This document shows positions 1 through 8,330 of a stretch of DNA of 64,000 nt, in pieces. The DNA is taken from the NCBI GenBank assembly GCA_050302075.1, contig JBNLAH010000003.1:96001-160000 (forward strand), written 5' to 3'. The notes under the pieces are model-generated. The model made no database searches, was not told the origin of the DNA, and worked only from the letters and a program-made list of their open reading frames with translations. This DNA is from Parachlamydiales bacterium. Its GTDB lineage: Bacteria > Chlamydiota > Chlamydiia > Chlamydiales > SM23-39. Position numbers and translations under genes: made by a program. How positions within the stretch are numbered: the stretch's first letter is position 1; the number at the start of each line of letters is the position of its first letter.

Positions 1-2
1 TC

Positions 3-377
3 TTACAGTTTGGGAAAATTTATTTCGGGACTGATTTCACCTACTTTAGAATTCCAAACATCAAAAGATCTACGTACTTTTTGAATGCTGAACCAATCCC
101 TTTTGCTACAACGCCCCAATACTTAACTTTAAGAGAGTGGCATTTGGCTTTTGGGCTTGCTGCAACCCTAGGACCCTTCACACCATATCTAGGTGGCAAA
201 TACCTCCTCACTAAAATTCGATTCAGATCTGACAATTCCTTCAATTTAAAAAACCGACTCGCTTTTGGAATATTTTTAGGTACATCAGTTTCCATGGGAG
301 AAAAATTTTCATTAAATGCCGAAGCTAGATTACATGACGAGCTGGCATATTCTGTTTCAGGATCGGCCGCATTTTAA
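3..377 (+). CDS. MOMP/OmpA-like chlamydial outer-membrane porin, 3' part (5' end outside window)
   Basis: Frame is open from base 3. EWHLAFGLAATLGPFTPYLGGKY...LNAEARLHDELAYSVSGSAAF resembles the chlamydial MOMP C-terminus (EWQ..L.....FTPYIG.K / ETRLIDE.A......F) and ends in Phe like beta-barrel OMPs. Confidence 0.75.
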   Translation, partial: LQFGKIYFGTDFTYFRIPNIKRSTYFLNAEPIPFATTPQYLTLREWHLAFGLAATLGPFTPYLGGKYLLTKIRFRSDNSFNLKNRLAFGIFLGTSVSMGEKFSLNAEARLHDELAYSVSGSAAF

Positions 378-382
378 ATATT

Positions 383-1615
383 ATGGTAGAACACCCTCAA
401 GCCAGATTTATTGTTAACGAACTAAAAAAACATGGCTATATCGGGTATTATGCAGGCGGCTGGGTAAGAGACTATCTCTTGCAACTCCCCTCTGATGATA
501 TCGATATCGCCACTAACGCCATGCCTGAAACAATCCAAAAACTTTTTAAAAAAACGGTCCCTATAGGAATCAGTTTTGGAATTATTCTAGTTATTATTGA
601 TGATAGACAATACGAAGTTGCTACTTTTCGCTCCGACTTAGAATATAAAGATGGAAGAAGACCCACTAAAATTGAATTTTCCTCAGCTCAAGAAGATGCT
701 AAGAGACGAGATTTTACAATTAATGGAATGTTTTACGACCCCATCGAAGAAAAGGTAATAGACTTTGTTGGCGGGAAAGAAGACCTTAAAAAAGAAATTG
801 TAAAGGCTATTGGAAACCCTCATGAGAGGATCAAAGAAGATAGACTAAGAATGATAAGAGCTATAAGAATTGCTGTTCGCTTTAATTTTAAGTTAGATGA
901 CAATTTAAAAGACGCTATCATCACTCATGCAAAAGAACTATTCCCAGCTGTTGCAATTGAGCGCATCACTCAAGAATTCTGTAAAATGAAAGCTTTTGCA
1001 AGCTTTCACAAAGCTCTCTTATTATTGCATGAATTAACTCTTTTGCCTGTCATTTTCCCCAAGCTAGAAAAAACTTCCATAGAGGTTTTAAATAAACGGC
1101 TCAACGCAATTGACGACTTCCCTAAAGAAACTCCATTGATAGCCTATTTAAATGAGCTTTTTGATAAACATACATTAAATGAGGCTCTCGAACTTGTAAA
1201 ATACTTGAAACTACCAAACCAAGAAGCTGATTTCATCATACATCTTTACAATACAAAAAAGCTTTTAAAAGCTCCTATTGAAAGTATAAGCCGTTATGAT
1301 CTTGCCAAATTTTATGCTCATAAATTTTCAGAAAAAACGCTTCTTATAATAGCCGCTGAAATGCCTCTAGAAAAAAGAAATTCATTTTTACAAATACATG
1401 AAACTTCTAAACAAAACCTTTTAGATCATATAAAAAAAATACAAAACAAAACTCCTGTTGTAACATCAAAACATTTAAAAAATGCAGGAATACTTCCCGG
1501 TATTCAAATGGGGAAACTTCTGCAAGAGGCTGAAAAAATCTCAATTAATGAAGATCTAAATGACCCAAATTTAGTTATTGAAAAGCTCAAAAAAAGCAGT
1601 CTTTGGGAATCTTAA
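383..1615 (+). CDS. cca: CCA tRNA nucleotidyltransferase (class II; poly(A) polymerase family)
   Basis: GGWVRD, DIDIAT, EDAKRRDFTING and EDRLR motifs; flexible loop Y.DGRRP present. Confidence 0.85.
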   Translation: MVEHPQARFIVNELKKHGYIGYYAGGWVRDYLLQLPSDDIDIATNAMPETIQKLFKKTVPIGISFGIILVIIDDRQYEVATFRSDLEYKDGRRPTKIEFSSAQEDAKRRDFTINGMFYDPIEEKVIDFVGGKEDLKKEIVKAIGNPHERIKEDRLRMIRAIRIAVRFNFKLDDNLKDAIITHAKELFPAVAIERITQEFCKMKAFASFHKALLLLHELTLLPVIFPKLEKTSIEVLNKRLNAIDDFPKETPLIAYLNELFDKHTLNEALELVKYLKLPNQEADFIIHLYNTKKLLKAPIESISRYDLAKFYAHKFSEKTLLIIAAEMPLEKRNSFLQIHETSKQNLLDHIKKIQNKTPVVTSKHLKNAGILPGIQMGKLLQEAEKISINEDLNDPNLVIEKLKKSSLWES

Positions 1616-1646
1616 AACCAATAAAATACAACATATTTTAATAAAG

Positions 1647-2409
1647 TTAGACTTTAATCTTTTGTAAATGTAACCTGCCAAAAAATTTTTAAGTGTTGTA
1701 TGACAACAAGTGTTTTTTCAAAGTCATCTTCTGGCAGTGTAAAAGAACTTTTCTTATTAGCAACTCCTATATTTTTCTCACTTTTATCTTCTAACTTGAT
1801 GCTTTTTTGTGATCGCTATTTCCTTTCTAAATATTCTCTCGAAGCTTTCAACGCTGTTGGAGTTGCAAACTACTTAGTTATTTTATTTCAGCTTACTTGC
1901 ATAAGGTTTGCTTCTATCAATCAGGTTTTTATTGGGAGAAGTTTAGGAAACGGAAAAATTCAAAATATTGGGCCTTACACTTGGCAGATGATTTGGGGCT
2001 CTTTGCTTACTTTTTTTCTGATCTTTCCTGCAGCTATTGCTGGGAAGCTATACTTTGCTAATACCGAGGTAAAATCGTTAGGAGAAACTTATTTTTCTAT
2101 TATGATGCTAGGAAACTTTTTGTTTCCATTAGGAGCTGCATTAGCAGCCTTTCAACTAGGACTTGGAAAGACTAAAGTCTTATCGCTAGTAGCTCTTGTC
2201 TCAAATCTTCTAAATGTCATATTAGATTACTATTTGATCAATGGAGTTACAGGAATCTTTAATCCTTTGGGAGTCAAGGGAGCTGCCATTGCAACTTTGA
2301 TATCTCAAGCAGTTTATTGTCTTATCTTATTTTTTCTTTTCGTTAACAACCCTCTTAAAAAAGAATACAGGACAAAAGACTTTTATTTTCGCCCATCTCT
2401 TTTTAAGGA
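1647..2409 (+). repeat. Inverted repeat copy A (upstream region plus 5' half of MATE gene); partner at 7516-8279
   Basis: Base-by-base comparison with the reverse complement of 7516-8279 shows only about a dozen substitutions in the ~710 coding nt, plus a similar upstream segment. Confidence 0.95.
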
Positions 2410-3073
2410 GTGTTCTCGAATAGGTATTGCAAGCTCACTTTCCAGGCTAATGAGTCTTTTTTTCTGGACGCTTTCTATGAATATTATTGTAAGCAAAGGA
2501 GGCGATTACATAACTCTCATTTCGTTTGGATCAACAATTTGGATATTAACCTCTACCATCAATGAAGCTATTACAAAAAGCCTCACAACTTTCTTTAGTT
2601 ATTTTTTAGGGCAAAGCAACTGGAAATATGTCTGGAAAAGCTTAAGGTCAGGGGTTCTCCTTTTAGTATTTGCATTTTGTTTGTTAGCTCTCCCATTTCT
2701 CGTATACAAACAATACTTAATAGAAATGGTAGTTGGAACAAACATAATTGATTCTTCAACAATAGGTTTCCTTAGGCTAGCTTGCTGTTGGCTTTGGATA
2801 ACTTTTTTGTTGGAAGGAATTATGTTTTCTCTAGTAAATCTTATTATAGCAATGAAAGAAACAACTTATTTATTGAAAGCAACCACAGTGATTAATTTTT
2901 CAACATTATATTTATTCGTTTATTTGATATTCAAATTTGGAGATTTAAGCCCTGATAAAGTTTGGACGCTCGTCTGGCTTTCCTTTTTAATTGGGATACC
3001 AACTCACCTTATTAAAATTACTAAACACTACAGACAATTTCAAAAAATCCAACTTCAGAAAAATTTTGTTTGA
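1700..3073 (+). CDS. MATE family efflux transporter (copy A)
   Basis: ~12 hydrophobic segments; NVILDYYLI...GVKGAAIATLISQ MATE signature. Confidence 0.9.
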   Translation: MTTSVFSKSSSGSVKELFLLATPIFFSLLSSNLMLFCDRYFLSKYSLEAFNAVGVANYLVILFQLTCIRFASINQVFIGRSLGNGKIQNIGPYTWQMIWGSLLTFFLIFPAAIAGKLYFANTEVKSLGETYFSIMMLGNFLFPLGAALAAFQLGLGKTKVLSLVALVSNLLNVILDYYLINGVTGIFNPLGVKGAAIATLISQAVYCLILFFLFVNNPLKKEYRTKDFYFRPSLFKECSRIGIASSLSRLMSLFFWTLSMNIIVSKGGDYITLISFGSTIWILTSTINEAITKSLTTFFSYFLGQSNWKYVWKSLRSGVLLLVFAFCLLALPFLVYKQYLIEMVVGTNIIDSSTIGFLRLACCWLWITFLLEGIMFSLVNLIIAMKETTYLLKATTVINFSTLYLFVYLIFKFGDLSPDKVWTLVWLSFLIGIPTHLIKITKHYRQFQKIQLQKNFV

Positions 3074-3129
3074 AGTATTTAAAATAAAATACGATATTGC
3101 CTGATCAATAAAATAAAAAAGGAGGTAGT

Positions 3130-3702
3130 ATGAAAAAAGCATTAATAAAAATCATAACGTTAGCAACACTACTTTTTTGTTCTAATTTAGCAAATGCAAA
3201 AACAACTGTTAATATTAATCAGAGGAAAAAACTCCAAGCGAATAAAACCATTTTTGTAAGCGCCAAAAATATGAGAGTAAATATTCATAAGCTTATTCCT
3301 ATGTACTCTCTACAAACTGGTGAAAATTTAAGAGCTTATCATTTGGGCCTGAAATTTTTTAATCCAGATCACAAGGTTCCGACAGTAGAGGATTTAACTG
3401 ATAGCATAAGATCTCATCCATTTTTCATAGGTAAATTTACAAATGAACCTGATCATGAAGAGTATGCTATCCTTAGAAATAAAATCAGCCATCCATTTTT
3501 TATTCTTGAAACAACTCTAAATGGAAATAGCGATTTTTATATGGTACATTCAAGAGGCATTCGTCATTTTTTTATGACTACTCAAAATAAACATTTAGAT
3601 AATTTGACAAGCTTTAGTAACTCTTCGGGGAAAAATTATCCTGACTTAAATTCTTTTATTAAATGCACCCTTGAATCCCATTCTGATAAATACTTAACAT
3701 AA
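3130..3702 (+). CDS. Hypothetical secreted protein
   Basis: Strong RBS GGAGG; Sec signal peptide MKKALIKIITLATLLFCSNLANA; no family recognised. Confidence 0.75.
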   Translation: MKKALIKIITLATLLFCSNLANAKTTVNINQRKKLQANKTIFVSAKNMRVNIHKLIPMYSLQTGENLRAYHLGLKFFNPDHKVPTVEDLTDSIRSHPFFIGKFTNEPDHEEYAILRNKISHPFFILETTLNGNSDFYMVHSRGIRHFFMTTQNKHLDNLTSFSNSSGKNYPDLNSFIKCTLESHSDKYLT

Positions 3703-3703
3703 G

Positions 3704-3743
3704 AAAAGTTAGGCTTCATATTTCTCATGAAGCCTGCTTTTTT
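3704..3743. terminator. Probable bidirectional intrinsic terminator
   Basis: AGGCTTCAT(3711-3719)/ATGAAGCCT(3727-3735) stem flanked by A- and T-runs, between convergent genes. Confidence 0.75.
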
Positions 3744-3749
3744 AAGCTT

Positions 3750-6665
3750 TTATTCCTTGTAACAATAACGAACATCAAATGCCAATGAATCACTGATAAA
3801 AATGTCATGAACATTAGGCTGGATTTGAGAACCGATTGATGTGGAAAGAAGCGGGACAACAGGTTTTTCTTGGTGTAGGATTTTCTCAGCTTGATAATGA
3901 AACTTTTTGCGAGTTTCTAAACAGGCAGTTTCTCGAATAAGTTGACTTAAATCATTTATGTGTTCGCTATTCCAATTAGAATAATTTATAATATTTACTT
4001 CAGAAGAAAAAGTATCAAGAAAATAACTTGGGTCTTGAATCCTATTGATCCAAGAATAAATATAAAGATTGAGTTTTCTTTTTCTTAGCATTAAGAAGAA
4101 CTGTTGAGAGTTAACTACAACAGGAGTTAGATTAATACCAAAAACATCGTTTATCTGTTTTGCGATAATCTTTTCAATACCATTCGAGAATGAAGTGGCA
4201 TAAACTGCCTCATTATTAAATATTTCAGGGCCAAGTTTTAATTCATTTAAAGCTTCAAAAAAAAGTTTTCTTGCTAAGGCGTAGTTTTCTTCATTTTCTA
4301 GATCTAATCTGAGCTGGCTAAATTCAGGAGAATAAGCTGCATAATGTGGAGCTGCTTGATTAGAAAATCTAAGTGCTAATGATTCTCTCTGAATTGCCAA
4401 GGAGAATGCTTGTCTCATTTTTCTATTTGTAAATGGAAATTCTAAACAGTTAAAACCTAGATATCTTACTTCAGTAATGCTCTTTTTATGCTGGGATTTT
4501 TGATAATCTATAGATTCAAATAAACGATGTTTGCAAAAAGGAAAAAGAACTGCATCAAGTTTCTTGTTTTGAAAAAGCTCTGGTAATTCATTTTTTGTTA
4601 GATTAGAAATGATAATAATTTTTTCTAATTTAATTTGATTTTTCTCCCAAAAAATAAAATTTTTTTTAAGTATAACTTCTTTTCTACTAATCATATCCAT
4701 TACAAAAGGACCATTGCATATATAAGATTCTCCTAAAGACTTTGGCCAGCTTGAATTACTAATATCAAGTGACTTACAGACAGGAGAAAAAGCAGAATGA
4801 GCACAAAGCTCTAAGAAGTTAGGGGTAGGATACTGAAGTTCAATTTCTAGCGTTAAATCATCAATTGCTTTAATGCCAAGTTTAGAAGAAGGCAATTTTC
4901 CTTCCTTGACTAATTTTGCATTTTTTATTGGATAGAATAAATAACTTAAAGGAGATAAAAAATCAGGTCTAAGACTAGTCTCCCAACTATAGGCAAAGTC
5001 ATGTGCTGTTAAGGGTGTTTTATTAGACCAGTAACTTTTCCTTAAATGAAAGCGATAAACTAATCCTGTTTTTGAAATTTCAATTTTTTCAGCTAACGCT
5101 TTTTCCGGGACACCATCTTTTCCAATTTTAGTTAACCCTTCAAAAAGCATTTTTAGCAAACAGCTTGATTCTTCCTCAGTCCCTATTCGAGGATCATATG
5201 ATGAGAATTGAGTTGTACATCCTAATCTAAGTACTTGTTTTAGCTCTTTTTTTTCACGCCAATGAAGGTAAAAAGAAAGAGCTGAAGTTTTAAACTGCTC
5301 AGCTTCTAACTGGTCACTCATTTGAAGAGCACAGCAAATATTGCAAATGCCGTTAGTATACGTAGTTGCCATAAAGGTGTCTGGAAATTTGCTCAATACG
5401 AGATGCCTGAATTCTTTCTCAATCTCTAAATGTGTTGTCCTAATTGTAATGCAAAGAGCGTCTTCGTCTTCTTTAAAAAAATAATCTATTTCTTGATTAA
5501 AGCTTTTTTGGTTAATTGAATCATAAGCTTTCTTTAATAAAGAAACGGGAGTTGTCGCTTGTTTTTCTTGAGGAATAATTCCATAAAAAAAGTGCTTTAT
5601 CTCGTCTATTGGAGCTTTCACTTCTTTACAAAGAAGATTAAAATTTTGCTCGATTTTTTCTTGCAAGCCACCATTGACATCACGAAAAGGACCGATTAAA
5701 TTTTGAATTAGATTACAGCTTTTTTTGCGAGCATCTATGATAGATAAATCAAATTCTATAGTAATCTCAATTGTTAAAACGACCCCTTCTTTAACATAGT
5801 TTTTTCCTGCGAGAGAATTTATACTTTCAATATGAATGTCTTGATGATTTAGTTTTTCTTTAAGTGAAACTTCTGTTTGCTTCCTCATGTTACAAATAAG
5901 TGCTGAGAATTGAAAGCTGTTTACAGTTTGCTTACTAAAATCAATAAAAACATGAGGGACATCATCATAAGTTAAATCTTTTATTATCCACTGAAAACTT
6001 TTGATTAAAAGCTCCCTGTTGCTTGGGACAATGAATTGAGTTTTTGGTTTTTTTAGAAAATCTTCGATGATTTTAGGAAGAGTGTTTTGAAAAACAGATA
6101 TTTCTTCTTCAGAAAAGGCGTCTTCTTTTTGCAGTTCAAAATGCATTTTATTAACTGAGTCACGCTGGTTACTTACATAAATAAAAGAGCCTTCAACAAA
6201 GGTGATTCCTTTATAGCTATCCAAAATCAACTTTTTTATAGATCCAAAGTCAGCTGAGAGAGTGCTTTTGATATCAATAAGAATACTAAGAACTTCTTTA
6301 GATCTGAAAGGAAAAGAGATTGTATGATTGAATGCGTAAACAGCACAGTCTTTCTTAAAGAACGCCATTTCAGAATCAAAGGCAAATCTTTCTAGAAGCC
6401 AAGCAATAAGCTCATCGCTTCTAGTTTCTATAAAGGCTTTTTCAGCATTGCTTAAAAGTCGCATAGCCCCGTCTAGATATTTTTCAAAATCAAAGTTTTT
6501 TTTATTAAAGCGCCCAAGAAGACGGAATATCTTGAGCTTTTCGCTTCCAATATCATCAATTCTTTCATCTAAACTTAGAAAAAATAATAAGAGTGGATTT
6601 TTAGGGATTTTTTTTTGCTTTGTTTGAAGCTCTATTAGCTTCATGATTTTGTACTTATAAGACAT
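3750..6665 (-). CDS. Fusion of a ~475-aa unknown N-terminal region and a C-terminal OppA-like (family 5 solute-binding) domain; no signal peptide
   Basis: LFEGLTK, YRFHLR..YWSN..PLTAHDFAYSW, A.DDLTLEIEL, NGPF, PFTN.KMRQAFSLAI.R are OppA motifs in the C-terminal half. Confidence 0.8.
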   Translation of the reverse strand: MSYKYKIMKLIELQTKQKKIPKNPLLLFFLSLDERIDDIGSEKLKIFRLLGRFNKKNFDFEKYLDGAMRLLSNAEKAFIETRSDELIAWLLERFAFDSEMAFFKKDCAVYAFNHTISFPFRSKEVLSILIDIKSTLSADFGSIKKLILDSYKGITFVEGSFIYVSNQRDSVNKMHFELQKEDAFSEEEISVFQNTLPKIIEDFLKKPKTQFIVPSNRELLIKSFQWIIKDLTYDDVPHVFIDFSKQTVNSFQFSALICNMRKQTEVSLKEKLNHQDIHIESINSLAGKNYVKEGVVLTIEITIEFDLSIIDARKKSCNLIQNLIGPFRDVNGGLQEKIEQNFNLLCKEVKAPIDEIKHFFYGIIPQEKQATTPVSLLKKAYDSINQKSFNQEIDYFFKEDEDALCITIRTTHLEIEKEFRHLVLSKFPDTFMATTYTNGICNICCALQMSDQLEAEQFKTSALSFYLHWREKKELKQVLRLGCTTQFSSYDPRIGTEEESSCLLKMLFEGLTKIGKDGVPEKALAEKIEISKTGLVYRFHLRKSYWSNKTPLTAHDFAYSWETSLRPDFLSPLSYLFYPIKNAKLVKEGKLPSSKLGIKAIDDLTLEIELQYPTPNFLELCAHSAFSPVCKSLDISNSSWPKSLGESYICNGPFVMDMISRKEVILKKNFIFWEKNQIKLEKIIIISNLTKNELPELFQNKKLDAVLFPFCKHRLFESIDYQKSQHKKSITEVRYLGFNCLEFPFTNRKMRQAFSLAIQRESLALRFSNQAAPHYAAYSPEFSQLRLDLENEENYALARKLFFEALNELKLGPEIFNNEAVYATSFSNGIEKIIAKQINDVFGINLTPVVVNSQQFFLMLRKRKLNLYIYSWINRIQDPSYFLDTFSSEVNIINYSNWNSEHINDLSQLIRETACLETRKKFHYQAEKILHQEKPVVPLLSTSIGSQIQPNVHDIFISDSLAFDVRYCYKE

Positions 6666-6881
6666 ATTATAAATTTAATCAAAATGCTGCAGTGTATATA
6701 TATTCTTAAAAAAATTGGAGAAAAAATTACTTATTTTTTTAAGTCTTTAAAGAAACTTGGAATTGCCATTAAGCAAAAACACGACCACCTACAATTGCCT
6801 TTGTAGTTAACGCTTGTTTACAATAGGCGATAATTGAGATTTACCTTAGGTATTTTAAATGAAATTTTTCTGAGATTGAAA

Positions 6882-8225
6882 CTAGGAAGATCTATAAGTC
6901 TTTATGATTTTAGAGAAATAAACTGGTATCGCAACTACACAACAAATCCACGTTAACATCCAAATTTTGTCCGGATCCAAATTCCCGACTTTAAATGACA
7001 AATAGAAAGGAAAATATGTTGTTAGGAAAATAATTAAAGTATTTGCCTTCAATAAGTAAACGGTTTCTTTCATTGCTATGATAAGACTTATCAAAGAAAA
7101 AGCAATCCCCTCTAATAAGAAAAAAATCCAAAGCCAATAACAAGCTAGTCGAAGAAAGTTTATAGTGCTTATACCTGCAATTTTTGTATCTATAATGGCT
7201 TTTATTAAATAACTATTATAAATAAGAAGTGGGAATGCTAATAAGAAAAATATCACTATTAAAAGAGTCATCCCAGATTTTAAACTTTTCCAAACATGTT
7301 CCCAGTTATTCTGTCCTAGAAAATAACTAAAAAATGTTATAAGGCCTTTTGAAATTGAGTCTCGAATAATAGTAGTCAAAATACAAATTGATGATCCGAA
7401 CGAAACTAGAGTTACATAATCGCCTCCTTTGCTTACAACAAAATTCATAGAAATTGCCCAGAAAAATAGCCCCATAAACCTTGCAAAAGCATCAGAAACA
7501 CCCATTTTGAAGCTTTCCTTAAAAAGAGAGGAGCAAAAATAAAAGTCTTTTGTCCTGTATTCTTTTTTAAGAGGGTTGTTAACGAAATGAAAAAACAAGA
7601 TAAGACAATAAACTGCTTGAGATATCAAAGTTGCAATGGCAGCTCCCTTGACTCCCAAAGGATTAAAGATTCCTGTAACTCCATTGATCAAATAGTAATC
7701 TAATATGACATTTAGAAGATTTGAGACAAGAGCTACTAGCGATAAGACTTTAGTCTTTCCGATTCCTAGTTGAAAGGCTGCTAATGCAGCTCCTAATGGA
7801 AACAAAAAGTTTCCTAGCATCATAATAGAAAAATAAGTTTCTCCTAACGATTTTACCTCGGTATTAGCAAAGTATAGCTTCCCAGCAATAGCTGCAGGAA
7901 AAATCAGAAAAAAAGTAAGCAAAGAGCCCCAAATCATCTGCCAAGTGTAAGGTCCAATATTTTGAATTTTTCCGTTTCCTAAACTTCTCCCAATAAAAAC
8001 CTGATTGATAGAAGCAAACCTTATGCAAGTAAGCTGAAATAAAATAACCAAGTAGTTTGCAACTCCAACAGCGTTGAAAGCTTCGAGAGAATATTTAGAA
8101 AGGAAATAGCGATCACAAAAAAGCATCAAGTTAGAAGATAGAAGTGAGAAAAATATAGGAGTTGCTAATAAGAAAAGTTCTTTTACACTGCCAGAAGATG
8201 ACTTTGAAAAAACATTTGTTGTCAT
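6882..8225 (-). CDS. MATE family efflux transporter (copy B)
   Basis: Paralog of 1700-3073; first ~235 aa nearly identical, C-terminal half diverged. Confidence 0.9.
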   Translation of the reverse strand: MTTNVFSKSSSGSVKELFLLATPIFFSLLSSNLMLFCDRYFLSKYSLEAFNAVGVANYLVILFQLTCIRFASINQVFIGRSLGNGKIQNIGPYTWQMIWGSLLTFFLIFPAAIAGKLYFANTEVKSLGETYFSIMMLGNFLFPLGAALAAFQLGIGKTKVLSLVALVSNLLNVILDYYLINGVTGIFNPLGVKGAAIATLISQAVYCLILFFHFVNNPLKKEYRTKDFYFCSSLFKESFKMGVSDAFARFMGLFFWAISMNFVVSKGGDYVTLVSFGSSICILTTIIRDSISKGLITFFSYFLGQNNWEHVWKSLKSGMTLLIVIFFLLAFPLLIYNSYLIKAIIDTKIAGISTINFLRLACYWLWIFFLLEGIAFSLISLIIAMKETVYLLKANTLIIFLTTYFPFYLSFKVGNLDPDKIWMLTWICCVVAIPVYFSKIIKTYRSS

Positions 8226-8279
8226 ACAACACTTAAATTTTTTTTTGGCAGGTTACATTCATAAAAAATTAAAGTCTAA
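7516..8279 (-). repeat. Inverted repeat copy B; partner at 1647-2409
   Basis: Reverse complement matches 1647-2409 almost exactly. Confidence 0.95.
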
Positions 8280-8330
8280 TTATAACCGTCAAATTAAAAT
8301 CACTTTATTAAAAATTTTTCAAAGATGACG

